A DNA stretch of 50,207 nt from Candidatus Undinarchaeota archaeon (lineage in GTDB: Archaea; SpSt-1190). Shown here in pieces: positions 33,374-43,796 of the stretch; within the stretch, counting starts at the first letter, position 1; each line of letters opens with the position of its first letter. Below the pieces are notes generated by a model that was given only the letters and a program-made list of their open reading frames with translations, searched no databases and had not been told where the DNA came from. The stretch covers positions 1 to 50,207 of the forward strand of contig CAYVAH010000002.1 in NCBI GenBank assembly GCA_964449215.1. Reading direction: 5' to 3'. A program made the position numbers and the translations under genes.

Positions 33374-35054
33374 GGTACCTGTCGCCGAGCTTATCCCAGG
33401 TGAAGTGGTCCTTCACTGCCTTGTGAGCTGCTATCTCGAGGGATATGCGCACCTCCTTGCTGGACTTGACGAAGTTCTCAATTATCCCCGCAACCCTCGG
33501 AACCGCCGACTCGGAAATGTCAGCAACATATATTCCCTTGCTGCCAAGCCGCTCCGCAGCCATACCGAAACCGGCAGTCCTTGTAGTGACGGCAGTGCTA
33601 AGGAAAGCCGCTGCTTCCATCGGCGTGTAACCCCACGGCTCATACCTGCTAAGAAAAACGCCCATACTTGCAGACGTAAGGAAATCCCGGTACCTGAGCC
33701 CGAGAAGTTCGTCCTGCTTGTTCAAATAGATGGGATAATAGACAACCTTGACTCTGTCTTCCGGGCGGTTCAGCAACCCGTTGCTCCTCAACCTTTGCAT
33801 TATGGCGTCCTTATCGGAACCACTGGAGAGCTGAAAGGCACAGAGCGGTGGGTTCTTCCCCCGGCGGGTTCCGAGTTGATGTCTCATCCTCTCCAGGTCC
33901 ATCATCAGTTCATCAAGCTCCTTCTTTGCCACCCCCTCTTCCGGACCAGCCATGAAAAGGTTCTTGCTTATTCTGTCCACATCTTCCTTCAGGACCTCCT
34001 TCATACGGCGATAGAAAGCAAAGTTCTGTATGACTTCATCCTTGACTCCCAGAGTCCCGGCCGGCACGAGTATGAAGGACAGGAACCACCTCCCGTATTC
34101 CTCCTTCTTCAGCCGCTCGTTCAACACACCGAGCGCATCTATGAAAATGTCATATCCCTTATTAAGAAACTCGTATCTCCCGGCAGTATATACCACCGGA
34201 TAATCGCTTAGCTCGAGAGGGTAGTAAGGAAAAAAATAGGAGCGGACGAAATCGTCTATCTTCTGGCGGAACATCACCTTGTCGCTCATCAGCTTTGGCA
34301 GCTCCGGGATAGAATGGTCATCCAGGGCGTTGTAGGTTATCAGGTCCGGCGCACGACCCAGAACCTTCTCCGCTTCCTTCCCCGTGCCCTCGCTGACCGT
34401 CGTGAACACCGTGGCGAGTCGGGCCGCCGCCTTTTCAGTGAGATGCTTCGCGGTAACGTTGTGCTTCCTCGCCCCGGAATCCGGGTCTGGAGGGACCCTC
34501 CCTCCCGTGGCCCGCCCAAGGACAGTAGCATGAGTGGTGAAGACCGTCGGAAGCTTCGCAGAGGCGGAATCCAGGTAGAAAAGCACACCCGCAGAAAGCC
34601 ACTCATGAAGCTGAACCACATGCTCACCAGGCATTGCCCGGGAAAGTTCCCCAAGGAGCATCCCGGCACCGTAGCTCCACGCCAGCGGCTCATTATAGTC
34701 AAAGCCTGAACCCAGGGAGTCAATCCTGTATCTCTCCCAGAGTTCCGCCTTTATTTCATCCACCCTGTTCAGCATCCCCCTGGCATCCACAAGGATTATG
34801 GGAGTGTCTCCCGCATTCACCCAGGAACCATAACGGAACTCCAGCCCCTCTTCTCTCAGCTTGGAAAACACATCTGAAAAAGGGGGAGGCGGAATTCTGT
34901 CAATAACCTCCGTTCTTTTTGGGTTCAGGAAACCGATTGTGAAATATCTGCCATCAAACTTCTTTTTCATAAAGGGCGCCTTTGAGGTTATGACGGTCCA
35001 TATGCCCCCCACCTTGTTCCCGCACTCAAAACTGACCTCCCAGAGAACTCTCAC
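33339..35054 (-). CDS. GT3 family glycogen synthase
   Basis: EVSFECGNKVGGIWTVITSK, HEWL, FTTHATVLGR, AGRYEFLNKGYD, SRYEPWGYTPME. Confidence 0.93.
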   Translation of the reverse strand: MRVLWEVSFECGNKVGGIWTVITSKAPFMKKKFDGRYFTIGFLNPKRTEVIDRIPPPPFSDVFSKLREEGLEFRYGSWVNAGDTPIILVDARGMLNRVDEIKAELWERYRIDSLGSGFDYNEPLAWSYGAGMLLGELSRAMPGEHVVQLHEWLSAGVLFYLDSASAKLPTVFTTHATVLGRATGGRVPPDPDSGARKHNVTAKHLTEKAAARLATVFTTVSEGTGKEAEKVLGRAPDLITYNALDDHSIPELPKLMSDKVMFRQKIDDFVRSYFFPYYPLELSDYPVVYTAGRYEFLNKGYDIFIDALGVLNERLKKEEYGRWFLSFILVPAGTLGVKDEVIQNFAFYRRMKEVLKEDVDRISKNLFMAGPEEGVAKKELDELMMDLERMRHQLGTRRGKNPPLCAFQLSSGSDKDAIMQRLRSNGLLNRPEDRVKVVYYPIYLNKQDELLGLRYRDFLTSASMGVFLSRYEPWGYTPMEAAAFLSTAVTTRTAGFGMAAERLGSKGIYVADISESAVPRVAGIIENFVKSSKEVRISLEIAAHKAVKDHFTWDKLGDRYLKAYELALGRV

Positions 35055-36001
35055 CGGACCACCCTCCTGAACTCCGCGGCGTATCTCTCCGGGGAAAGAA
35101 CGTTGATATACATGTCATTCCCGAGCTCAAAGCCACCGAATTCACTGAGCCGGGGATATATCTCGATGTGAAAATGGAAGTCTCTGCCCCTCGGAGCCTG
35201 GTGAACTGCAAGGTTATATGGCACGCCTGGGAAGAGCCTGAAGATGGCCCCAACAGTCGCGCGAAGAATTGCCGCCAGATCCTCGAGCTCCTCCCTCCTG
35301 AGCTCCGGAAGTGAACGGACATGCCTCTTGGCAATTATCCAGGTCTCCCCCGGAAAAATCGAAGCGAAGGGCGCAAGCGCAAAGAATCCATTGTTTTCCA
35401 TCAGAACGCGACTGCCCTCTTCCCCTTCCTCCCGGATTATCGTCTCAAAAGGGCACTCACCGAAAAGATGGGTATATTCGTCAATCTTTGCCCTTTCCTT
35501 GTAAATGGTTCCGGGAACCACAGGGAGAGCAATCAACTGGGAGTGTATATGGGCTATGCTTGCCCCGGAAGCCGCCCCGTCATTCCGGAAAATGCTGACA
35601 TATTTTATTCTCTTGTCAGCCATATGAGTTTTAGTTCGCTGGGCATAGACCCCAAGCAGTTCCACAAGATGCTCCTCGGTGAGCTGATCAAACCGGAGAT
35701 GCTCAGGGTGGTCAATTATCACCTCATGAAACCCAAAGCCACCCCTGCTGTGGAAAAACCTTTCACGACCGGAGAGGGGCTCATCTGGGTCCAGAGCGGG
35801 AAACTTGTTGGCAATAACAGCTATCCTCCACGGCTCCCCCACCCTGTAAAGTATCGGGGAAGAGAGGTTCTCCGGACAGAAAGGGCAGCGCCCATGCTGT
35901 ATGTGGACCTCCTTTATCTCAAAATCCTCCGGCCTTTTCGACCTTCCCGTGGAAACAATCACCCAGCGATCGAGAAAATAATGCCTGCGGATTTCATTCA
36001 C
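35051..36001 (-). CDS. galT: galactose-1-phosphate uridylyltransferase family (GalT / HIT)
   Basis: EIRRHYFLDRWVI, RSKRP, CPFC, NKFPAL, HEVII, GASIAHIHSQL (HxHxQ), HFHIEI. Confidence 0.92.
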   Translation of the reverse strand: MNEIRRHYFLDRWVIVSTGRSKRPEDFEIKEVHIQHGRCPFCPENLSSPILYRVGEPWRIAVIANKFPALDPDEPLSGRERFFHSRGGFGFHEVIIDHPEHLRFDQLTEEHLVELLGVYAQRTKTHMADKRIKYVSIFRNDGAASGASIAHIHSQLIALPVVPGTIYKERAKIDEYTHLFGECPFETIIREEGEEGSRVLMENNGFFALAPFASIFPGETWIIAKRHVRSLPELRREELEDLAAILRATVGAIFRLFPGVPYNLAVHQAPRGRDFHFHIEIYPRLSEFGGFELGNDMYINVLSPERYAAEFRRVVR

Positions 36002-36049
36002 ATTAAAGTGAAATTAAAATCTAATTAAAGCTTATGATACACCTATATA

Positions 36050-37099
36050 ATGAAGATTCCGCGACTCGGAGAGCCGCCGGTGAATGACATCTGGGTCGGG
36101 CTCTTCGCCCACGTAGATTCCGTGGCCCGTGCAACCCTTGAACTGCTGCTAAAACTCAAGGGTCTGGGAATAGAGGAACATGGCAAGGAATACTTTGTTG
36201 ATGAAACCAAGTTCCGGACCGTTGACCGGATGATTCCGGGCAGGGAAAGAAGGGTCGGGGGAAATGGAGGGAATGCCGCCTATTTTCTGGGGAAGCTCGG
36301 GGTGAAGTGCAACCTCTCAGCACCCGTGCGTCCGGAGGCACTGATGAAATTTTTCTACGACCTGCCGGTGTATTTCTGGGGGGTGCGGAAAAAGAGGGCA
36401 AAGTCAGCAGGGAGGGATGACCCAGTCCCAGAGCACATAGTAATTGAACTCTTCCCCCCACTTTCAAACTACAGGAGGACCATAATCAGCTGGGACCCCA
36501 TGACCAGGGAAGGGTGGCTGGATGAAGGTTTCTGGGCAAGGATGAAAGAAGGGATATTCCTGCTGTCTGGAATACACCTGATACAGAAGCGAGGGGCCGT
36601 CGATGAAATAATTGAAAGACTGAAAAAGAGGAGAGTCCGGACATATTTCGAGCTCGGGGAACCAACAAAGGCGCTGAAACACGCCCTGAACAGGTTGCTT
36701 GAAGAGGGTCTGGTCGGGCACCTTGGGATGAACGAACGTGAAGCAAGGAAAATTTTCGGGGCGGGGCCGGAAGACGTAAAAGAGGTCTCCAGAGAAGTGA
36801 GCTGCGGGGTCACAATACACAACCCGGAATATGTGACATCGACGGATGGAAAGATGCTGCGCCCGCTTGTGGATGTGGTGGAGGCCTGGGCAATGGGAGA
36901 CCTCGCCTACTACAAGCAGGTGGTCACCCTGCCACTTAAGAGGTCCCCGAAAGGAACCACACCTGGAAGGAACCTGCCATTCCTCGGGAGGGTCACCGGC
37001 CTCGGGGACGCCGTGGCAGCGCTCGACACCGTACGGGTCTTCGATCCCCGGACAATGGAGGAACTTATCAGGGAGCTACCGTTCCATCGAAGCAATTAG
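36050..37099 (+). CDS. ADP-dependent glucokinase/phosphofructokinase family, short form
   Basis: GLFAHVDS, RVGGNGGNAA, LSGIH, GMNERE, VTGLGDAVAA. Confidence 0.75.
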   Translation: MKIPRLGEPPVNDIWVGLFAHVDSVARATLELLLKLKGLGIEEHGKEYFVDETKFRTVDRMIPGRERRVGGNGGNAAYFLGKLGVKCNLSAPVRPEALMKFFYDLPVYFWGVRKKRAKSAGRDDPVPEHIVIELFPPLSNYRRTIISWDPMTREGWLDEGFWARMKEGIFLLSGIHLIQKRGAVDEIIERLKKRRVRTYFELGEPTKALKHALNRLLEEGLVGHLGMNEREARKIFGAGPEDVKEVSREVSCGVTIHNPEYVTSTDGKMLRPLVDVVEAWAMGDLAYYKQVVTLPLKRSPKGTTPGRNLPFLGRVTGLGDAVAALDTVRVFDPRTMEELIRELPFHRSN

Positions 37100-38518
37100 C
37101 TTCCTCGCAAAGGCAAGCTTTTTTTCAAGAACCAGGGGGGAGGAGCCGGTCACAAACACCTTCGCCGTTCCAATCTCGGTGTTGCTTTCCCTGAACAGGA
37201 TATGCCCGTCTTCCTCCTCAAGTCTCAAACCGCCGGTGGGCAACGTGGAGTAGTCCATGCCCTTCTTCTCGGCAAATTCCACAACCCTGCTGTTAAAGCC
37301 CGGCGCGACCTGAAACCTCTCCTCCCTGTATTCAAAGGCCGGAACCCCTTCAAGCAGCCTTTCGGGAGAAACCTTCAGTTTGTCGAGCCAGAAAGCCACG
37401 GCAAAAGGAGCCTCACCCCAGTAAAACCTGTTTCCATCAACGGGGTAACCACCGCTGTGCCAGTTCTCCTCAAACCAGAGCGCGTTTTCCCTGCGGGAAA
37501 TAATAGACTGGTTGGTGTTGCCTATATTCCCCACAACAACCTTCACCCCGCATGACTCCAGGAAACCTATAATACTCGGCGGTGTTCTCTGGTCTGCCAC
37601 GACCTTCCTTGCCCTGAAGAGCCCCTCCTTCACCATGCCCGAAAGGAACCTCGAAAAGAAAATCATTCTGGAATCCATGTAGAACGGGCAGCGGTCAGCA
37701 TCACCATCAAACGCCACCCCAAAGCCTTTCCAGCTCACTGTCCACCCCGGCTCCGGCCTCAACCCCCCAAAGTCCTGGAGGAGCCTGTCGTTGAAGAACC
37801 GAGCCCTGGGAAACAGCCTGGAAGCCATCGGTGGCAGTGGAATCACCCCAGCACCATTCGAAAGGTCAATGCTGAGCTCCCCACCATAGGGAGAGAACTG
37901 CGTGCACCACCTGACATAGCTCTCCACGACCTCTCCCCCCACAGTTTCAGAAAACTCCAGCCCGTCGGGAAAAATCCCCTTATCAAACCTCCCGGCATGA
38001 ACCTTCACCCCGTTGTAGTTTGGTGGATTGTGGGAAGCTGTGGAATGCAGGGCCATCACAGGCTTTTTTTCAAGGAAAGAAAACATCGCCCCGAGGTAGG
38101 GGGACATGGTGGTGGACACAGGTTTCCCGACCACGCAGGTTTCCAGACCGCATTCTCTTGCATATGTTTCAAAAGCCTGCTGGAACAGTTCCCCCTTCCT
38201 CCGGTGGTCGCGCGAGAACACCACAATCCTCGGTCGATAGAGTTCCTCAAGAGCCGTAAAGTACAGGACAAGCTCTTCCTTGAAAACTCCCCAGTCCTTC
38301 ACCCTGTCAGTGTCCACACGGAGGTCATAACCGAACTTCGAAGCCCTCAGCAATTCTGAACCTGCCAGGTCCCCTTTCAGCCTCACAAATCTCCCTGCAA
38401 CAGTTTTCAAGGAAAATGTCTTGACACCGTCTCTTTCACAGAGAAGGGAATCGGACTCTTCACCACAGACCGGACAGACCCTGGGAAAACCTGCACCGTC
38501 GGAAGGAACCGAAAGCAT
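37076..38518 (-). CDS. phosphoglucomutase/phosphomannomutase family, divergent
   Basis: RDHR, TASHNPPNYNGVK, DLSNGAG, FDGDADR, RESNTE. Confidence 0.85.
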   Translation of the reverse strand: MLSVPSDGAGFPRVCPVCGEESDSLLCERDGVKTFSLKTVAGRFVRLKGDLAGSELLRASKFGYDLRVDTDRVKDWGVFKEELVLYFTALEELYRPRIVVFSRDHRRKGELFQQAFETYARECGLETCVVGKPVSTTMSPYLGAMFSFLEKKPVMALHSTASHNPPNYNGVKVHAGRFDKGIFPDGLEFSETVGGEVVESYVRWCTQFSPYGGELSIDLSNGAGVIPLPPMASRLFPRARFFNDRLLQDFGGLRPEPGWTVSWKGFGVAFDGDADRCPFYMDSRMIFFSRFLSGMVKEGLFRARKVVADQRTPPSIIGFLESCGVKVVVGNIGNTNQSIISRRENALWFEENWHSGGYPVDGNRFYWGEAPFAVAFWLDKLKVSPERLLEGVPAFEYREERFQVAPGFNSRVVEFAEKKGMDYSTLPTGGLRLEEEDGHILFRESNTEIGTAKVFVTGSSPLVLEKKLAFARKLIASMER

Positions 38519-38547
38519 TCACAGATTAGAAGCACCGGTTAATAATA

Positions 38548-40410
38548 TTAAGCTCTGGCCGGGGCACCTGCGGGCTGTGACCTTCTCCTCTTCTTGGGCT
38601 TCACCAGAGCCGCCTCAACAACATCCTCCAGCCTGCTCACAGAAACGAGCTTGACCTTCTTTGCCTTTTCTGTGACCACGTCCTTCAGGTTGCTTGCGGG
38701 GAGTATGACCTCCTTTATCCCCGCCTCCACAGCAGCTTCAATCTTCGGGTTCACCCCACCAACTGGAAGAACATCCCCCCTAACAGAAAGAGAGCCGGTC
38801 ATCGCCACATCCTGCCTCACGGGCAACCGGTTGATGGACGAAACAATTGCGGTGGCAACAGCAACACTGGCAGAATCCCCCTCAACCCCCTCATAGGTCT
38901 GGAGAAACTGTATGTATATGTCGTAGTCCTTTTTCAGGTCGCGCCCGAACCATTTGCGGATTATTGCCGAGACATTCGACACTGCCTCCTTCGCAATTTT
39001 CCCCAGATTCCCCGTGGCTATTACCTCGCTCCGCTCACCACTTCCGGGAACGACATCAGCCTCAATCGGGAGAACTATCCCCGCATCCCCTATAACAGCC
39101 AGCCCGTTTACCCTGCCGACCATCGCTCCTTCCACGGTGATGACCTGATACTCCTTTTTCTTTTCGATATACCTCGAAGCCATCTGGCTCTCAAAGGGCT
39201 TGGCACTTTTCATGGCTTTTTTCACATGCTCCTTCCCAACAAGCTTGGCACCCTCCTCACGGGCAAGGTCACCTGCAGCCCGAACAACCCCCCCAAGCTC
39301 ACGGAGGCGTATTGTCAGGTGTCCTTTCCGGTCCGCCATTTTCCTGGCTATGCGGATTATCTCAGCAATCCCGTCAGCTGAAAAGTGGGGAATCTTACGG
39401 TCCTTGACAACCTCCTGGGCGATGAACCGGACAATCTTTCGCTCATTTTCTGCAGTATCGGGCATCGTATCGTTCATAAAGACTTCATACCCATAGCCCT
39501 GAATCCTGCTGCGCAAGGCGGGATTTATGTGCTGCATGGTCTCAACGTTACCTGCGGCAACAAGCACAAAATCGCAGGGAGCAGGGGTGGTGCGAACCAT
39601 CGCCCCCGCAGAGCGCTCGCTCCTCCCCGTAATTGGATACTTCTTCTCCTGAAGGGCGGTGAGCAGGTCCACCTGCATCTTCGGGTCCAGTGTGGCTATC
39701 TCGTCTATGAAAAGCACGCCCTTGTGGGCCTTGTGTATGGCTCCCGGCTCCACACGCTCGTGGGCGGGGGTTTCGAGCCCACCGGACTGGAAGGGGTCGT
39801 GACGGACGTCCCCGAGAAGCGATCCCTCGTGGGCACCCGTCGCATCGACAAACGGTGCCTTATCATTGGGAAGATGACTCACTATAAGCTTTGGAACGAG
39901 AATGAGCTTTGAAGCCCGGGTCTGCTGCCCAATTATCATCAAAAACGCAGCGGCGATTATCCCGCTGAAGAGTGCCTGGGGCATGCGGAGTATGAAGGCA
40001 TAATAGAAGGTCACCGCGGCAACGGCAAACATAAGAACCGTGAGCAACGTCTTCCGGAAGGACGACACCGCCCTTGCCTTCTCCCTGTATTTGTGGACTA
40101 TGCTCCGACCGAAACCTGCGGGGAACGCCTTCACAATGGGCTCGTTTTCGTTCTCCACATTCGGAAAAACCACAATGTCCTCCAGTTCCTCGGAAGGGAG
40201 GAGCTCCGCCATCCCCTGCGCGAGCATGCTCTTCCCTGTCCCGGGCTTGCCAATCAGCAGCACGTGCCTTCTCTGGAGAGCTGCCCTCCGGACAATCTCC
40301 ACTGCCTTCTCCTGACCTATTACCTGGTCTATGGTTGCTCTTGGAACCTCGATCTCCGCTGTCGATTTGGGAAGGGAAATTTTCAACCCCCTGTATTTTC
40401 TGGGCGCCAC
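38548..40410 (-). CDS. lonB: archaeal membrane-anchored Lon protease (LonB)
   Basis: [15 protein letters not shown], two TM segments, [19 protein letters not shown] (Ser), GGVNPK (Lys). Confidence 0.97.
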   Translation of the reverse strand: MAPRKYRGLKISLPKSTAEIEVPRATIDQVIGQEKAVEIVRRAALQRRHVLLIGKPGTGKSMLAQGMAELLPSEELEDIVVFPNVENENEPIVKAFPAGFGRSIVHKYREKARAVSSFRKTLLTVLMFAVAAVTFYYAFILRMPQALFSGIIAAAFLMIIGQQTRASKLILVPKLIVSHLPNDKAPFVDATGAHEGSLLGDVRHDPFQSGGLETPAHERVEPGAIHKAHKGVLFIDEIATLDPKMQVDLLTALQEKKYPITGRSERSAGAMVRTTPAPCDFVLVAAGNVETMQHINPALRSRIQGYGYEVFMNDTMPDTAENERKIVRFIAQEVVKDRKIPHFSADGIAEIIRIARKMADRKGHLTIRLRELGGVVRAAGDLAREEGAKLVGKEHVKKAMKSAKPFESQMASRYIEKKKEYQVITVEGAMVGRVNGLAVIGDAGIVLPIEADVVPGSGERSEVIATGNLGKIAKEAVSNVSAIIRKWFGRDLKKDYDIYIQFLQTYEGVEGDSASVAVATAIVSSINRLPVRQDVAMTGSLSVRGDVLPVGGVNPKIEAAVEAGIKEVILPASNLKDVVTEKAKKVKLVSVSRLEDVVEAALVKPKKRRRSQPAGAPARA

Positions 40411-40484
40411 CCAATAGTTCCGCGGAAGGTTTTATAACTTTAATTGGGAATCAGGCATATATAGGAAAGCCGAGTAAATGAGTT

Positions 40485-41777
40485 GTGAAAATCGAGGGCA
40501 GGGCAGTGGTGCCCGAGCTTTCCCCCAGAGGGCTTTCGAAGCTCCTTCTCGACCTTGACAACCGGGAAAGGAACAGCATTCTCAAGGGTCTTGACCCGGA
40601 GACCCTGACAAAAACTCTCAGAGAACTGCCCGGCGCGGTGCGGAGGGACTTCTTCAGGAAAGCCCCCTTGAAAAAACTTGTGGAATTAATCGGGCACGCA
40701 AAAGACGATGTGGCCATAGACTTTCTCCAGGAAATACGGGCGGGAAGGTCACTGAAAATCCTCCGCCAGTTGCCCGCAAAGAAAAGGCGGGTCCTGGAAG
40801 AGCTGCTGAGATACCCACACGACACAGCAGGAGGACTCATGACAAAGGAGTTTATGGCCTTCCGGAAAGGAACACGCATCTCAGAGCTCCTGAAGGAACT
40901 GAAGGGCAAAAGGCTCCCGGACTCCCTGTACGTGGTGGACGAGTCGGGGAGGTTCTTCGGGGAGATAAAGACCAAGGAACTGCTTTTTGCCGACCCAAAG
41001 AAAACAGCAGGGGAACTCGCAAACAGGGACATAATGGAAATAAGTCCTGAGACGGACAGGGAGGAAGTGATCAAGATATTTACAGAGACCGATGAAACCA
41101 TCCTGCCGGTCGTGGACAGCACCCAGCAGCTCGCTGGAGCAATCACCGTGGACGACGTGATCGACGCACTGCAAAAAGAAGTCAGCGAGGACCTGTCCCT
41201 GATCTCCGGTAGCACGGGAAATGTCGAGGATGCCCTGTACTCCTCAACATGGAACTCGGTGAAGGCCCGCATACCCTGGTTGATGTTCACGGTCTTCGGG
41301 GAGATTATTTTCACTGGAAACATCATCCACATGTTCGACGGCGTCCTCGCCAGGTACATATCCCTGTCCTTTTTCCTCCCAGTGCTGATGTGCCTCTCAG
41401 GGGACTCGTCAATCCAGAGTTCCATAGTGGCAATCAAAGGACTGTCTGAGGACAGGATAAAGAATGTTCGAAACTTCCTGTTCAGGGACCTGAAGGTCGG
41501 TCTTGTCCTTGGCATGCTGTTGGGACTGCTGGCAGCGGCAGTTTCTCTGATCTGGTTGCATTCACTGAAAATAGGGATTATTGTGGGGGTTTCAGTCACA
41601 GCATCCCTGGTCATGGCAAACTTCATAGGGACCATGCTGCCGGTGATGTTCGACAGGATGGGAATGGACCCGGCAGTCTCGACGGGCCCTCTGCTAACAA
41701 CCACAATGGACGTGATTTCAATGGGCGTTTACTTCATAACAGCCACACTCCTCCTCGAAACCTTTGTAGCAGTGTAA
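40485..41777 (+). CDS. mgtE: magnesium transporter MgtE
   Basis: YPHDTAGGLMT, CBS pair, GAITVDD, RIPWL, MGMDPAVSTGPLLTTTMD. Confidence 0.95.
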   Translation: MKIEGRAVVPELSPRGLSKLLLDLDNRERNSILKGLDPETLTKTLRELPGAVRRDFFRKAPLKKLVELIGHAKDDVAIDFLQEIRAGRSLKILRQLPAKKRRVLEELLRYPHDTAGGLMTKEFMAFRKGTRISELLKELKGKRLPDSLYVVDESGRFFGEIKTKELLFADPKKTAGELANRDIMEISPETDREEVIKIFTETDETILPVVDSTQQLAGAITVDDVIDALQKEVSEDLSLISGSTGNVEDALYSSTWNSVKARIPWLMFTVFGEIIFTGNIIHMFDGVLARYISLSFFLPVLMCLSGDSSIQSSIVAIKGLSEDRIKNVRNFLFRDLKVGLVLGMLLGLLAAAVSLIWLHSLKIGIIVGVSVTASLVMANFIGTMLPVMFDRMGMDPAVSTGPLLTTTMDVISMGVYFITATLLLETFVAV

Positions 41778-41813
41778 AAACAACCTTTTTATTCCCACTA
41801 ACCCTGAATTATC

Positions 41814-43073
41814 ATGGCATACAGAGCCACAACCAAGCTGAAGGACGGACAGAGCCTGTCCCTGCGGGGATGGGTTCACAGGCTCCGGGAAATCGGAGAC
41901 AAATACTTCCTGGTCCTGCGAAACTCGAACGGGACCATTCAGGTTGTGGCCAATAAAAACACAGTTGAAGGCAGGCTGGATGTCGAGGCAAGCGTGGAGG
42001 TCTCCGGCAAGGTGAAGGCGGACAAGCGCGCACCCGGAGGCTTCGAGCTCCATGCCTCTTCCCTGCGGGTCATCGGCGAGTCGGCACCGGACTGGCCATT
42101 CCACAGATACAGGAGCGTTGAGATGGAAATGAACTTCCGCCACCTCTGGCTCCGCAGCACCCGCATGCAGGCAATATTCAGGGTGCGGCATACCGTGCTG
42201 ATGGCCGCCCGGGAGTTCTTTGACCGCAGGGGGTTCCTCGAGGTCAGCCCACCAATATTCGTGAGCTCCGCCTGTGAAGGGGGGTCAACACTCTTCGAGC
42301 TGCCGTACTTCGACAGCAAGGCGTATCTCTCCCAGTCGGCACAGCTCTACCTTGAGGCGTTTCTCCCATCGGTGGAAAGGGTATTTGCCATCACCCCAAG
42401 CTTCCGCGCCGAGAAGTCACGCACCCGCCGCCACGTCACGGAATACTGGCATCTTGAGCCGGAGGTGGCCTGGATAGGCTTCAAGGAAAACATGGACCTG
42501 CAGGAGGAGCTGATAAAGCACATAATCAAGGCGGTTCTCGACAGGCGACAGGAAGAGCTGGGAGAGTTCGGTGACCGCAGCGAGCTCGACGACTGGCTCA
42601 AGGGGAAGTGGCCAAGAATCACATACACGGAGGCGGTGGAGCTCCTGAAGAAAAAGTTCAAAACAAAGTGGGGGGATGACCTAGGCACAAAGGAGGAGCG
42701 CCACCTTGTGGACAGGTTCGGGAGCTTCGTTTTCGTGACGCACTACCCACGGGAGATGAAGGCGTTTTACATGAAGGTCGATGAGAGCAACCCGAAGGTG
42801 GTGCTGAACAACGATTTGATGGCCCCGCACGTGGGCGAACTGGTGGGAGCGAGCGAACGCGAGTGGAAATACGAGCTGCTGCTGGAAAACATGAAGATAC
42901 ACAAGCTCAACCCCAAGGACTACGAGTGGTATCTGGACCTGCGCCGTTACGGGAGCGTGCCGCACAGCGGCTTTGGCATGGGCATTGAACGGTTGCTCAT
43001 GTCCCTGCTCAACCTGGAGCACATCCGGGACACACTGCCATTCCCCCGGTTCATCAACCGTGTGTGGCCTTGA
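41814..43073 (+). CDS. asnS: asparaginyl-tRNA synthetase
   Basis: OB fold, RHLWLRS, YLSQSAQLYLE, FRAEKSRTRRHVTEYW, WGDDLG, RRYGSVPHSGFGMGIER. Confidence 0.93.
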   Translation: MAYRATTKLKDGQSLSLRGWVHRLREIGDKYFLVLRNSNGTIQVVANKNTVEGRLDVEASVEVSGKVKADKRAPGGFELHASSLRVIGESAPDWPFHRYRSVEMEMNFRHLWLRSTRMQAIFRVRHTVLMAAREFFDRRGFLEVSPPIFVSSACEGGSTLFELPYFDSKAYLSQSAQLYLEAFLPSVERVFAITPSFRAEKSRTRRHVTEYWHLEPEVAWIGFKENMDLQEELIKHIIKAVLDRRQEELGEFGDRSELDDWLKGKWPRITYTEAVELLKKKFKTKWGDDLGTKEERHLVDRFGSFVFVTHYPREMKAFYMKVDESNPKVVLNNDLMAPHVGELVGASEREWKYELLLENMKIHKLNPKDYEWYLDLRRYGSVPHSGFGMGIERLLMSLLNLEHIRDTLPFPRFINRVWP

Positions 43074-43749
43074 GCCTATCGGTCTTGAGAACCTCAACGC
43101 CATCCAGCAGGACCACAGCATAGCTGTCAAGCAAGGAAAGCAGACCCTTCTTCCCCTCTCCGGTGTTAATGCTGAAGCCACTGCGGAGGGTATTGAAAGC
43201 GGGCATCACCACAATACGTGTGGAAACCCGCCTGCCGTAACGCTCCCCTGCCGAGCGGGACTCCCCCTTTATCCAGACCGGCAACGACACGAGTTTCCCG
43301 AAGTCATCCTTGAATGATATGTGAGGGTGCACATGAGCGGTTATCCAGATTTTCCCCAGTGCCTCCTCGGGGGGGTAGGCATGCCCGTGAAACACAAAAA
43401 ATTTCCCAAGCTGCAGATGCGGCTCACCCCTGAGACCCCCATCATGGTTGCCCTGAACAAAAACCAGGTCCACCTGCTCCTGAAGTGTCGCCATAAATCG
43501 CTCCAGCTCCTTCTCCTGCCTGCCCCTGTAAACGGCAATCTCGTGCTTCAGGTCACCGTTAAACACAACGGTGTCACACCCGTTCTCCCGCGCCAGACGC
43601 AGAATCTTTTGCGCCATGCTGTCCGTCTGGAAAGGCACCTTCACCCCCTGCCTCCAGAGCTCCAGCTCAAAGCCCACATGGGTGTCCGCCACAACCAAGC
43701 ACCCTCCAAGGACAAGCGCGGGCTCTCCGGGGACTATGCGCATCTTCAC
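43054..43749 (-). CDS. metallophosphoesterase (calcineurin-like, archaeal ICC-type)
   Basis: ADTHVG, GDLKH, GNHDG, FHGH, AHVHP, VMPAFN. Confidence 0.92.
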   Translation of the reverse strand: MKMRIVPGEPALVLGGCLVVADTHVGFELELWRQGVKVPFQTDSMAQKILRLARENGCDTVVFNGDLKHEIAVYRGRQEKELERFMATLQEQVDLVFVQGNHDGGLRGEPHLQLGKFFVFHGHAYPPEEALGKIWITAHVHPHISFKDDFGKLVSLPVWIKGESRSAGERYGRRVSTRIVVMPAFNTLRSGFSINTGEGKKGLLSLLDSYAVVLLDGVEVLKTDRLKATHG

Positions 43750-43796
43750 AAACTGAGAATGGATAACCCTTTAAAATATCCGGGGAACCTATAAAG

